Part shown: piece by piece, positions 22,438 to 35,849 of the stretch
Layout: every line of letters starts with the position of its first letter
Numbering within the stretch: position 1 is the first letter of the stretch
Assembly (NCBI RefSeq): GCF_964194025.1
Contig: NC_134480.1
Coordinates: 35,898,001 to 35,962,000 of the forward strand
DNA: 64,000 nucleotides
From: Convolutriloba macropyga
Taxonomy: Eukaryota
Direction of reading: 5' to 3'
Notes under the pieces: generated by a model
What the model was told of the DNA's origin: nothing
Databases searched by the model: none
The model's input: the letters and a program-made list of their open reading frames with translations, nothing else
Translations under genes and position numbers: made by a program

Positions 22438-25260
22438 AGTAGAGTGAAAAGCTGGTCGTTGATTGTGTCCACCCACCTGTGCAAACAACGCGCAGCAAGC
22501 ATTTAAGAATTTGTACTAGAGATCACTGCAGAATTCATCTACACTAGTCAGGTTTCTCAAAGAAACTTTCACATTCATGATTTTCAATTTTTCCATTGCC
22601 TTGAGAGTAGAAATTTTTCAATTGAAGAAAGACCGGTCTGAGATGCTCGCGAAGGAAGGTTTCAAGCTCAAAATATGGTCAACAAATTTCGAAACAGAAA
22701 CTGAGCGGAAGAAGGCGCTAATATTCTGGGACTCGAAAAAAATGTGCAGCATATTCTGAAAGTATTCAGCGGCACAAATTTTGAACCAAACTCTCATTGC
22801 ACCTAGTAACAAGAGCTATCAATTCCTTCAAGTGTGTTCGATCCACTGGAATCCGTGCTGCAGATATTTTAGAGCCAGCATTGGAATTCAATCATCAGCA
22901 GAAATCTCAAAGGACAGATGACGGACGGGGAAGCAGAATTTAGTGCTAGTGAGGTCTTCATTGCATCATTCTATTAATTTCTTCATGGAAGTCAAACCAG
23001 CAGAGAGGGATCATCTACGGTTTATCACAAGATTTTTTGCATTAGATGGTCTTCTATAGCTTCAACAGACAATTTTTTTGAGCAGGGATCCCAACCAATT
23101 GTGCAAACAATGCGTTGCAGGGATGTGCAAAAGACAACGCTGTAAAATTCCTCTATGCTAGTCCGGTTGCTCAACAAAAAATCTACATGCGTGATCTTCT
23201 AGTTTCCATTCACTTCTGAGAAGAACCTACTCAAATGAAAACGACCAAACTAGCATGCTCTCGAAAAGAGGTTTCTAGGTCATCAAATAGGCAACGCACA
23301 TCGAATCAGAAACATGTCGAGAGAAGGCGCTAGATATTATATGACTAGTTATAATGGATTAATATTCAGCATCCACTGGAAAAATTCAGCGGCACCAATT
23401 TTGAAACGAACTCCCATAGCAAGTGGCGGCAAGTGCTATCAATTAATTCAAGTGAGCTCGATCCACTGGGATTCTTAGCAGTTTCTTAAAAGGGGAATAA
23501 AAATACAGAAGCACATCTTGCAGACAAGAGGCCAACACTGGGATTCGATCATCAGCAGAGATCTCAAAGGAGAGATTACAAACAGGGTAACAGAAATCAG
23601 TGCTGGAGAGCTCTTCAGGGTAACACGATGGTATCACACAACCAACGAAGCAGTCAAGAACGAGTTACACGTGTTCGGAGACGCTTCTGGAAACGCGTGT
23701 TGTGCAGTCGCTTATATTTATAGTGAGCCCTATGGCTGCATAAATTTTTTTTCAGTTCTCCTGGTAAAACCAGAGTTGCTCATGTCCGAGGCCATGCCAC
23801 TCACAAGCAGGAATTAATGGCGGCAGTTACAGGAAACTGTCAAATTTGCATGAAGTTGACTCAACTAATGATGTTCACTGAATTCACGAAAGCATTTAAA
23901 AGCAGCCCACCTTCCCTGCAATTAGAGTTGCTGAGATTCCGAAAAAATTGACAACAAGTGAAATCAGTAACCCGGAAAGAAAAACCGTATTTATCCTGGG
24001 ACTCGAGATGTCGGTTTCTATGATATTGAACAAGGTGACTGGATAAAAGCACCCGATTGCCTGAAAAAACCAATAACACTTAAAAAAGAAAAACCAGACA
24101 TCAGCTGTTCAAGAATTCGACCAATTTTTTTCTATAACGAAGGCACTTGTTAAGAATTCAGCCATTGACTGGCCGAAATTTTGTCAACGCAGAAGATTGG
24201 GTAGTACAGTTGCTCGGAACCAATATTGGCCAGGAAGGAGAGATGGCAACAGTATAAAGAAGCAGTGAGAACTAGCCACTTGGTTACTAGTTCAAAAGAC
24301 TAGTTCCAGAAGAATTAGAGACGCCGAAAAATGGGAAATCGATTCCAACAAACAGCAAAGTTTCATCAATTGTACCAGTCTTTGAAGATAATGGTGTAAT
24401 GAGAGTAAATGGAAGACTGTAAAGAGTAGACGTCAGTTTTCAAGCAAATCATCCCATCAATCAGAGCTGTTCTTGTAGAGTGGCTGAGATGTATCTTAAA
24501 GGCGAATACATAAGAAACAATCATGAAAGAGCTGGGTGCAACTGAGCATGATTCAATATGAAATTTGGATTATTTGTGTGCATAATTCATTGCAATCAAT
24601 CAGACACAGCTGTGTGAACCGTCACAAACGATGCCATGTAATCAAATCACAGATCAGCGATCTACCGGCAACCAGACTGTGGGCTAAAGTTAGGTCCTTC
24701 TATAACTCGGTTCATGGCAATTTTAGTCTCCGGAAGTGAAGCTGTTTTGGTATACTGTGAATAAATGGGTCTGCATGTTTGCTTGTTTGATTGTGCAAAC
24801 AGTTCTTTCGGAGCTTGTTGCCAGTCTTGTACTCAGACATGCGTGTTTGTTGTTCACAGATTCGTTGCAAGAAGAGGACAAACAATTATAATCTTATTCG
24901 ATATCGGCATGAATTTCTTCGGAGACGTAAATGAGTTCAAAGAAGCCCCTTCTAATCTGGAAGGAGATGGAAAGCACTTCGCAGAAAAAAAGATGAAGTG
25001 GTCTCTCAACCCACCAGCAGCTCTTCAATTTTTTGGCGTTTGGAAACGGCCTGTTAGATCATGCAAAAAAGCCAATTAGAACGTTCAAGAGGAAATATTA
25101 AGGCTTTGAAAACCTTAACAGCATAATTTGCATGGCTAAAAAACTAATGCAACGTGTCCATACAGTTTGTTCTCCAATACTACCGCCAGTTACAGAAAAC
25201 TATTCAGAGATCAACAGCAAGCATTTATGGGACAGATGGATGTCTGAGCACCTAGCTTCC
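22438..25260 (+). mobile_element. BEL/Pao retrotransposon remnant, right part (RT, Pao RNase H, integrase)
   Basis: PTCANNA, GFKLKIWSTN, ELHVFGDASGNACCAVAY, RFVARRG, WSLNPPAA..FGVWKR.VRSCK and WDRW; many frameshifts. Confidence 0.88.
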
Positions 25261-28200
25261 AAGCTAAAAACGAATTAAATTATCCATACGAAATGATACC
25301 AGCTCAAAGTGATTGCAGATATTGTTTTTTTATTCCTGGCCAACAACGGGAAGAATAATGTTCCGATCATTGATTGATTGATACTCAAAATTAACTGATT
25401 ATTAAGACATCACGCTGTCTCATGATATTTTATAGTATGTTCTTCGTTAATATCCTAATATCCGGTCATAAGACCCCTATAAAGGCGAACCAAAATCCTA
25501 ATTTGCTATACACAATGCTATAAAACTTTTCTTTACTGATCGTTTTTTAGAATTATCTACCGCAGACGGCCAGTTTTGTCATTAGTTATATACAATTCGG
25601 GCTTTTACGTAATTTATGTCTTGTTAACAAAATTTTGTGAATTCAAATGCTATAAGAGTACGGTTAACGACACATAAGAACTGAGAAAAAACAATGCAGC
25701 CTCATACTCAGTGTACTGCATCAATTATTTTGATTTATATGCATAAAACCAATAGAAGTTAATCGTTTTAACCGTATTTATCTAAAAGCCCATGTATTTT
25801 CATTGCTTTTATCGTGGAAGAAAACTGTGTGCTATCAATCCGGCGGACCTACGACCCAGAAACAACTAAACAAGACATTCAAAAGCCTTGTATTGTATTT
25901 AATTCATCATTAATTTGGTAAAATTTGGCTATTATCACCATTACTGTAAAATTATTATTTATTCTCAACAAATGTGTTGCTAGAGTTCTTTTTTTAAGTC
26001 TTGAACATTTATATCTACTAGTGGCTGTGTTGATTCCATTTGAGGAACTTCCATTATCCTTGATGAAGCATGAAGTTTTATAAATAGTCGCAATAGTACC
26101 AATATTATTTTTGTTTTAAAATCATGTTTAATTAATGTTTGCTCTATCAAAAAAATAGCAAAACAAATTTCCGCTCAATCATTCCAGTTGATCACTATTG
26201 GCATACCCATTATTTTACAAACCTGAGTTTAAAAAATTCATGTGTGATATTTACTATATGACATTTAAATTTTAACTAATAAAATAATTAAAAAATAATT
26301 AAACGATGTTACATAATCAGGGCAAAAATTTGAATCCTGTTGAAAAATTGAGAATATCTGTTGCAAAGATTTACAGTGTGAAATTCAGTACAGTCTTTTC
26401 TTTTGTTTTCGAAGTTATAGAACTAGGCTGCATAACTTTAATTTTAAAAAAATAAAGGTCAGCAGAAACGGGCCGAGTCTCAACCGCCAGTTGAACTTGA
26501 AATGAATCTATTAAAAGATAGAAAAGATACGAGTTTTACAACCACTGACCGGATTATTGATAGAAAAGATCTAACAAAACAAATTAGGAGTTATGGCAAT
26601 GAAAACTTTGTCTTGTAATCCATCACATGATAGCTACTACTGATAAGATTTCGATAAGGCAGGCAATCCAATTGGGCGCGAACAAAAAACCCCATTTATG
26701 GATATTTTTGCCGTTCCCCTAATTACAGCACATGTCTCTACATGGCAAATCATGTAAAACTATGGCACTTGTGTTTGGTGGTTGCAAATAAGCACCCCCT
26801 CGGTTGGAGGGGCACAAAAGCAAAAGAATCAGGAGATTTGATCATGAAATCCAAATTATTCGTTGACAAAAACCTGTATTAGGAACCTGCCTGTTGAATA
26901 AAAAGCTTTCTTGCGAATTTGATATATCTTCATTGATTGATATATGTTTATACTAGCCCAGTTCCTTGAGGATATAAACCAAAACCGGATTGAATTAAAG
27001 ATCAACGTCATGCGATATTTTTGGCGATACAACAGGCGATACTTTTGAACTGTTTTTTCCTTTGATACTGATCGGGTTGTCAATAGGAGCTAAAGACCCG
27101 TGAAAGATAGGATCGGTCATTGTATGGCTCGGGCACAGGAGCAATGAATTCAACAAGTAAGGCAGTTACTTAAGAAACTATTTTAAACACTAACACATAG
27201 GGGATACAAGAGGGAGGAAAATCTGCATAGAGGCGCAGTGGAGACTTTACAAGTAATCTCTGGGTTTCAAAGTTGTGCTAAAAAGTAAAAATGTAACCTA
27301 CGAAGGAAGATTACATGCTAAACGTGCCAATGCAAGGGATAATTCGGAACAGAAATATACATAGCTGCAAACAAAAAGTCTTGTAAAAAAATTGTTTTGA
27401 CAATCAGAGCTCACACCACACACGTGGCAACTAAAACCTGAATCACCATGGCAAAAACGTCGGCTCTAGATCCGTTGTTCATATCCCAGAGTAGTTGGTA
27501 GAGATCTCTAGGAAACATTCCGTCAGTTCCGTGCCCCTCAAACGTTATAGTCTGCAACAAACAGCCTTTCTAGGTTCTTTTTTTCTTATGATTTTAATTT
27601 TTGGTCTCTGTAGCTGCTGTTCCCGGTGTGACAAACGATCCACTCTCAAGGTGAGCAGGGGCAAGCGGGTCCACTACTGTAAAGAACTGTCTGACAAAAG
27701 CTGCTTACATGACTTCAAAGTGAATCCATCGGGTCTCTTGTTGTCCTTTCTGTGGACGAAAGACCGTTCTTGCACTGAGGGTATACTTAGCTAAGTATGG
27801 TTTGCTTAATCAAATCGTTAATATTAGAACTGCAATGGAAACTCCCTTGGCTGCTGGGACACGAAAAACCTGATGTCAACCTGAGGTCAGGCGTGGCTTT
27901 CTCGTAAACTCGCTTCGACCAATCTTTTTCGTTTTCAGTATCAGGTGAACTTCAAAATAAGCCTCTCATACTAGCTCTCTAAGCCATGTTTGAAGTTTGA
28001 TTCAACAAATTTTTTGTTAAAAAAGTGAACTAGAGTACCGCCCAATGCTGAACCTTTAAAACAGGGAAGAGAAACTATTTACTCAGATGAGAAACTAAGT
28101 CCACTCCATGAGAGGGCACGTCTGTTTGGAGGGATGCTTTTTTATCGAAGATTTCATTTGTTGTCCTGGTCAGTATTGATTTCAAACAGGGATTGTGTTT

Positions 28201-28499
28201 CTCAGATTAATCTTTTTCCGAAAAAAAACAATGGCTTGTTCTATGTCAAAGCGCTAGAACAATTTCAGAATACTGAAATACTTTAGAATGAGATAAAAAA
28301 CAATAATTGAAATCTAGTTCATCAAGAATTTCCGAAATTTTGTTCGATCTATAATTTTTCTCTGAGAGTAGAGAACGCCTTATGTTCTTTTTGATTGGGG
28401 CTCCTAAGAATACAAGACCATTTGTTGATGTAAATTTCAGTCAGGAGTCCCAGCTGTTTTGCCCCAAAAAATCACAAGTTGAAAAGTTAAGGCTCAAGC

Positions 28500-28960
28500 C
28501 GAACTATTCCTCAGATTTTAAAAAATGTTTTATTGTCTTAGCATAAATTTATGATAATCTGCCAGAGTCTGTCGTCCAAGTACCTTCTATTGAGTTGTGA
28601 AATCGTTTGATTAACGAGTGGTTGTATTGTTTCTTTAAAAATTGGCCATTTCTGTATCCCCTGTTGAGTGCCTTCACCGGCAAATTAATAGCATCTCCAT
28701 AATGAAAACAAGTTGGTTGAATATAAACGGCAAATGTATCATTGAAAACCATTGGTCTGATATTGCGTACCTGTTTTAATTTTTGTTCCCTATTTTTTGT
28801 GTTTGGAATTCGGAAGGCGTCTTTGAAGTCTAGATTACATAAAAAATCCGTTTTGAGGAAGTTTTGTGTCAGCAACTTTCTGACAAGATGAGCTGTTATT
28901 TCTAAACACTTGCGATTTCCGGAGCAAATTTGGTATTACCGTCATATGTCTCACGTGCGT
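28500..28960 (-). pseudogene. Possible Merlin/IS1595-type DDE transposase relic
   Basis: IQPTCFHYGD...NRGY...YNHS...FHNSIEGTW resembles IxPGxxIxSD...GY.H..VNHS...HTNxIEGxW; divergent, and the first Asp is not clearly found. Confidence 0.35.
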
Positions 28961-29327
28961 CATGTTCTTTTGAGCCCGCACATTTGAATTCGATCTAGGT
29001 GGCGTTTTGTTGGGCAAAATGATTACTTAATTTGTGAGCTCAACTTTGCGGAGAGAAATCAGAAGAGAATTTTGATTTTTAAGTTTGAATTGAATAAGTT
29101 TGAGCAATGGCAACTGATGTGGTTTTCATCAGAACTAAGTTTTAACCGACATGTTTGATCATGCTGCCGTGAAAGAAACATGGATGAAGAGACAACGACT
29201 AATTAGCAGGAAATGCAAAACAAAATCTGAATAAAATAATGAAATTAAGGGCAAACTAATGTGATTAGATACTGCATCATATTTAAAGTTTAATGATGAG
29301 AACCAGCTAAAGATGCTCTAGTATCAC

Positions 29328-32300
29328 ATACACCCTAGAATTTTGTTAAGAATTGTACAATAAGAACAATTTTTAACAAGAGTAACTTATATGAAATTTT
29401 ATTGCTTGGTCCCCGGTTCAATATGAAATATCAATATTTGTACTGGTTATGATAGCTACAGATAGGTAATAAAATATAGTTTAGTTTTTCGGTTCGAGAC
29501 AGTTTGTTGAGAGTTTATTTTCAATTCCGCCGCTTCAAAAACATACATCATTATCATATCTTTTTTGGTTGTCGGGCTCCTTTAATCTGCTAGATACCTC
29601 AATCTCGGGTCAGGAGGAGATATTTCTCCATTTAGGGCTAAAAAACTTGTTTTTTTTCGGAGCCTGCTCTGTCGTTGCTTGGAATGTGTCAATCACAGAA
29701 GTTCTAGGAGGCTGAAATCTGCCACGTCTCCGGCTCGGCATTTTTGTTTAGGAGGAGAAGTGATCAAGAATTCGGAAGATGTTTCTTGAAATCGTATTAG
29801 TTCCAGCTTCCTCTTTTTTGCCCTGATGTTTTATCCGCATTTGGATCGGCTTGGGGTGGGAAGAATTGTTTTGGGTTGTTGATGGTATATTTGTTGTTGG
29901 AATTTTTATTTCGCTGGTTTCGTCTGTAATTGTTGCGGACTTGCAGTTTCTGATGTCCGAGAGGTTTGGAAACTTCGGAATGCCACCTCCCATCGTGCGT
30001 GCAATTTTCCACTTAGAGGACAATAACCTGCTAACCACGTTTCTTAGGTTTTATTTTTCATCACCCATGAGTTTGCGGGTGAATTCTTTCACGTGGCTCT
30101 GAATATCTCTTCTACTGATTTTTTTTTACTGGTTCTGGTTCCGCGACGGTCGGCATAACGTTTAAGTGGAATTTGGCGTTTGAGTTTTTTTTCCAACTTT
30201 GTAATATCTTTATCGCGGACCGTCACCACAGTTTGGCTGGTTCTTTTATTGTCAGTATGTATGGGTTGACTTCTTTTATATTAGAACCTGTGGCAATCTC
30301 TTCGTAGATTGTTCTAGGCTGTTCCTCGAACCCCTCTCTCGGTGGATTTTGCCAGGTTGTTTGAGTTGAGTGGCGCGATTCTAGAGGAGTATAGGACGGC
30401 AGAGGTTAGAGAGGAGAAGTCGTGATTCACCACCTGTGCAGTTCTTTTCTCTTTCATTTGCGTCTCTTGTTGCTCTTATCCTCTGGCGAAACAGTGTCTT
30501 CTGTAATATTACTTTAAAATGTTCTAGTACCAGAGGTTAGACACCTTAGGTGTAGTTATAATTACGCGCAGCAGGTTTTCTAACAACGTGTGCTTAGGAA
30601 TGTGAGAACTTTTCTGTTTTTTTGTTTACATTTTTAAAGTTGGTGAACGACAGTCTGTAATGCATTTTTTATTTTGAACAAGTTTGTAGCAAAATTTTTC
30701 ATCCTTAATAAATGCAAGTCTATTATTAATAGTTTGTATTATATATCTACCAGTGCAATTGCCCTGTGATTATTAAATGGAGCTTCAATAATATCTATGT
30801 TTTTTGACTACAAAATTCTTTACTGGATGTGCCACAAGTGTAGCTTTATCCAAAGGGATCATACGTGGTACACCACATTTTTCAATACACATGTCCAAAA
30901 TTTTTGTTACCTTTGGATCAAATGCTTTGTTAAATATTCATGCAGTGGGGTACTTAGCATAACGTTCTATTGCGGCTATAAATTATATCTCGAGGCCTTT
31001 TTGTCACCAATATGTCCCCCAGAAACGGTTTGTAATTCCTGGTTTGGTTCAGCTCAAATTATATGAGTGTTAAATTGCTTAGCGGGAACTACAGATTTAA
31101 GATCCTCACCAATTGTAGTGCAAGCTTTACACTCCGTTGATCTGACGATCAATTCTTTGTTCTTGTATAGCCATCAACAATGTGTGCAGGTACTCGGCTG
31201 GTTAGCGTCAATGTTGACTAGAAGTGTCTTCCACAAGACGTTTGACATAGCAATCTTTTCATCGATACATAGTAATGCGGATCTCAAATGTAGGTCCCGC
31301 CAGTAAGAGTGTAGTTTTTGATTTTTTGATTTAAGTGCTCCTTGTTAATTGTGGGGATACAATCTTGTACCTCCTTTTGACAGGCATCCTAGTTTGAAGG
31401 AGAGGCTCTAAAAAATTTGGTGATTGATTGCTAGTCGTGAGGGTTCGTGCTAATTTTTTTAAAATGCGGCTGGCGATGCAGGTATTGGGATAGATGTTTG
31501 ATCTAGTGTTCTATAGGTTTTGCCAAATCGGACTCCAGTTGAACATTTTTTTAAAACTGTATTTGAAATCATGTTAATTTTTTTGAAAAAAATTGATCAA
31601 GTTTTAGAAATAGAATTATTTTTAATGTCAGTATTTGATTGTGAGTTGAGAGAACTCAGCTTATTTTGTGGAGCAAATTTGTTTAACTGATTTTGTTATT
31701 GTTTTTCGAATCGCAATTATTGTAGGAATATCAATTAATTGAGGGAAACTTGGGCTTAAATGATTGCGTTTCTCGTTAGCAGGTATGCTTACATTCTTCT
31801 TTTTTTGTGTATTAATGAAGTGAGGTGGAACTTACATGGCGATTGATGTGGTAATTGATAACATAGCGGAATATTCATACTTAGAATAGGTTGAATTGCG
31901 ACTGGTATTTAATTTTGGAATTTGCCCGGCGGCTGACAAGTGAAAAGTATGCGTGGGGGATTGGGTATCAAAAAAAATATTTGTGTTTTTTGAGTATATG
32001 CCGTATCCACTTTGTGTGGTGATTTGCGATGCATGGTCTTGTGTTTTACAAAAATTTGTGGCGAAGAGACGTAAATTTTATTGAGTGCAAATTTAAGAAA
32101 TTTGCAGGGGCGCAAATTTTTTCTTATTTTGCGGCAATGAACTCCTCATTATAAGCAAATACATTTTAAGATTTTTGGGTGTCGAGAAATGTAATCAACA
32201 AGGCCCAGTTGTGCACCTGGCATATGTTCAAGTGAGAAATGATATGGTAAAAGTCTATCCCCAAAACGGGTTAGGCGGTTGTCATAAGATTTATTTGAAC

Positions 32301-32874
32301 AGTTTTCTTTTTGTATTGACATTAATGCTCTGTGGTCTATAATCACTTTATAATGTTTGCCAACCAGATAATTTATGAGATACTCAATGGGCCAGATACA
32401 AAATTAAAACTCTAATTCATTGATACTGTATCTTTTTCGCATGAAAGTAGGAAGCTAGATGTGAATACAAGTTTCCAACCGTCTACTTTTAATTGTTCCA
32501 AACCGGCAGCGCGACAGGCGCGTGAAGCGTCGCTTTTTACTCGTGTTGTAAGTTGCGGGTTATAGTGGCAATTGTCTGTGGCATTTGCAATGCAATTCTC
32601 TATTTAAATAAAACGTTTTTTTGTGAAAATCTGTTCAAAACAAACAACTGATTTCTGTAATAAAGGGCGTAATGGATGACTTATTGTTACAAGTTTTGGA
32701 ATGAACTTGCTGATGTAGTCTACAAAACCAAAAAATTAACAAAAATTCTTCAGAGTTTTTGGATGGTTCAAGTGACAAAATTGTGGATCTCTTAATTTTG
32801 ATGGGTGAAATTCCTGTTTGTGAAGTGTGATAAGAGGCTGCAAAGTTTAAAAAAACCGGAACTAACCGAATCAT
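29328..32874 (-). mobile_element. Second, heavily decayed 5'-truncated gypsy element of the same family
   Basis: DHRALMSIQKENCSNKSYDNRLTRFGDRLLPYHFSLEHMPGAQLGLVDYISRHP and QTGISPI match the intact copy; integrase and tail fragments at 31400-29600; possible 3' LTR starting TGTGATAC at 29328 and running leftwards. Confidence 0.85.
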
Positions 32875-33317
32875 CCATATGGGGCCATTATAGAAGAGGG
32901 ATAAAATTCAAATAATTTTAGTTTCTAGACGCGATGATTATTACTGTCATCTAATGTTCCTTACATTGCTATTATATGTCTTTTCCTGAAGCTATTTAAT
33001 AGTTACTCTTTGTTGTACCACCGTGTTAAACTGAATTCTCGCTTTTCTCCTTTTAAATTATATACACCTGCTAATATTGTTCTATGTAACTTGAATGTAC
33101 GTGCTTTTCTTAACGCTAGCTTCTATTTGATTTGTAATTTGTTGTACCAGCGCGTTAAACTGAAGTCACGCTTTTTCTCCTCTTTGAAAAGCTGCGACAA
33201 GCTTAAAACTATGGTGCGTGTTCGGGTTGCGCTCCACTCGGCCCCCCACTTGCGGGGCTCTCAACCGGTTTCCGACCACGGATAGACCTTCATAGCACTA
33301 TTTTGTAAGTATTTTTT

Positions 33318-33474
33318 GGATCTATTCTGTTTTGCCCCCTCCCCGTGTTTTTTATGACCCTCAGTTACAAATTGTGTTTTATAGAACGTTACTATGTAAA
33401 AATACTACACGTGCGCCTGGAGGTCATAAAACATGTATTCCCACTAAGTTGGGAGGGGGGAACAGAATAGATCC
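33318..33474. mobile_element. MITE of the same family, ~290 bp upstream of the BAHD1-like ATG
   Basis: GGATCTATTCTGTT...AACAGAATAGATCC, reverse orientation relative to 7220-7383; flanked by GTATTTTT. Confidence 0.85.
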
Positions 33475-33759
33475 GTATTTTTCAAAACCGCCGTGTTTAA
33501 TATCAACCCATCAGAGCACGGGAAATATTCAGCTATAAGTTTTTTATGGCATTCTGCTCCGCGCCCGTTCAGCTGATTGATTTGGAGTTTAATTTGAACA
33601 ATTTAATGAACATTTTGCGGAGTATGAACCTTGTAGCTTATTGTCTTATCAAAGCAGTGAGCGCCTTAAGAAATGCTGATAGTTCGTTCTTTTTCTCTGA
33701 TTGTTTCATTTTTTAAAAATCCTTCTACATCAATTGTCTGATTTTTAGGTAGATTAATT

Positions 33760-34924
33760 ATGGACTATAGAAAAGAGCATGCTATAGGTAAACGGCTGCG
33801 TGCTAGAAAGACTTTGTGGCCTTATACTTTTCCCTTAAGTCGTAAGAAACCAGCAAACAGCTTGTTATGCAAGAGCAATTGCGACAATAACGTAATTGGA
33901 ACAAGTCGTACAGATGACTCCAAGTCGCTGACTGATTACGTTTCGGAGCAGCTTTTAGAACAGATATCAATTTTAAATTCAAGCCCATCTGTAAGTAGGA
34001 AAAAGAAAACAAAGTCTGATGATTCTGTGGTCACTTTCAAAAGGAAGGCTACTGAAGATCCAGATATAACTTTTAAAATTGAGCATGACAGGTTATCAAC
34101 TGGGCAAAGTCAAATTTCAACTCGACCATGCAGTGAGCGATCAGAGCTCTCGGCGTCCCCAGCAGAATTAGGTCTTGACGAAGTTAGTTCTGCAACCGAT
34201 AAATCTAACGTCAAAACAGAACATATCGATGATGAAATATCGTTCACAGAAGTCATCCCAGAGTTCGAGAACTATTCGGAAAGCTCACCCTCTGATAAAG
34301 AGTCAAATTCAGAAGATGGTTCGGTTTCTAAAAAGGATAGGTCAAGGGCAGCGAGTTTAGATGCTAGAGTTCGAACTATGCTGCTTTTGGAGAAACAAAA
34401 GCCTACTGTTGCTTTATCTGTGAAAGCAGAACCTTCGGTGGCTGACAATATTCCATGTACTACAGAAAAGTCGAAATCTAAATCGTCGACCAAAAAACTT
34501 ATCAATTCTCAGGAAAAAGCCCTTGCCAAAACCCAGCAGTGGTTTGACGACTGCTTCGCCTCAAACAGTAAAACCGTAAATAAAATAAAGAAGGCAAAAG
34601 AAAAAAGCCTGAAAGAACTTCAGACAATTGAGCGTAAAAAAATCATGAAAAAGAAACGTCAATGCCGAAGTTGCATGAAAATGTTAAAATTCCTTCTTGT
34701 CAAAACCAGCCGAGAGTTATTGGAACAAATTGTTAGCCCAGCTGAACTTATTCCAAAATCGACTATCAATAACAGTAGCCCAGAGAATGGCGCTATTTGC
34801 AATAAATGTCAACAGAACCAGTCAATTGAAACTGCAACCGCCATTCGAAGCGTGAGCAAATGTCAAGTTAAATTAACAAAACTTCCAAATGAAGTATTGC
34901 AACAAAGCGGAAACTCAGCTCACG
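33760..34924 (+). CDS. BAHD1: BAHD1-like BAH-domain chromatin protein, exon 1 (long disordered N-terminus)
   Basis: 396-aa Ser/Lys-rich ORF ending at a GTATGT donor (34925); splices in frame to the downstream BAH exons. Confidence 0.75.
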
Positions 34925-35005
34925 GTATGTTGTTTCTAAACTGTTTATAATATGTGATTTATAATAAGTCTCTGTACTCATCGTGTTAATTGATATTTTG
35001 TTCAG

Positions 35006-35148
35006 TTGTTGCCGAAAACTCGACGAGCCTAGCAGTTAATGACCAAAATGCCGCCCCGAGTAGCGTGTCTCCAAAAGCGAATCCAGTTGCCTCTTTGTGG
35101 CAGTTCGAAGGAGAGCCATTCAATAAACGGATTTACTGCAGGCATCCG
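35006..35148 (+). CDS. BAHD1: BAHD1-like, exon 2
   Basis: TTCAG acceptor; WQFEGEPFNKRIYC resembles the pre-BAH segment of BAHD1. Donor GTAGCT at 35149 gives the phase 0 needed for exon 3. Confidence 0.72.
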
Positions 35149-35692
35149 GTAGCTATAAACTTTGATACGCACTGGTATGCTTCCTAAAGAATGATGTTTG
35201 ACTGATGAATTTATCCAGAAGTAGGCAAAATCTGGTAACGTGACAATTTACCCGATTCTATTTACCCAATGTTCTATGATCTCGTTCAATAATCCGCTTA
35301 CAAATTAGCAGTCGCTATTACAAGGATGTTTTAACATATTTAAGCGGACAATATAATACTGTGTTATATTGTGATAGTTTCATATCCCACGGCAACTTTA
35401 TTATGCTAAATAGTCATTTTAGAACAATGGGGTATAAAACAGAATTTCCATTTGGTTGAACAGAACTGGGTAAATTGCCCTGAAACCGCAAAAATTTGTT
35501 ACAAAAAGGTGGTTTCATAATACAAACATTATAATATGGTGTGATTCAACAATGACACAAAAGAATGAAATTTTGAAAATTGCAATAACGGAAATAACGC
35601 TAGAACCCGGCTCTGGGGATAAGTGGATAGCGCTGAAGTATTTTGCTGTTACGTAATCACTAGAATCTCTCCAAACGGGTTATCATTTTCAG

Positions 35693-35849
35693 GATGGCCA
35701 ATACCGCCTGGCTGTGAGGTCATGTTACTCGACTGTAGTGAACGATGACGTCACTCTGAGCAGAGGAGACTATGTCCTGATTGCCGCACAGTCCAGATCA
35801 CAGCCATTTGTGGCCGCCATCACCGATCTATACATATGTCCTATATCAG
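35693..35849 (+). CDS. BAHD1: BAHD1-like, exon 3 (BAH domain start)
   Basis: DGQYRLAVRSCYSTVVNDDVTLSRGDYVLIAAQSRSQPFVAAITDLYICPISG, matching BAH GDxVL...PYVAKI; AG/GT bounded. Confidence 0.82.

Noticed and set aside
25300-28400. Possible Polinton-like or other element remnants
   Set aside because: Looks like decayed coding DNA, but I found no motif I can name with confidence.
35149-35176. Alternative BAHD1 exon 2 donor at 35175 (GTATGC)
   Set aside because: It would put the BAH exon out of frame with an early stop; the donor at 35149 keeps the frame.
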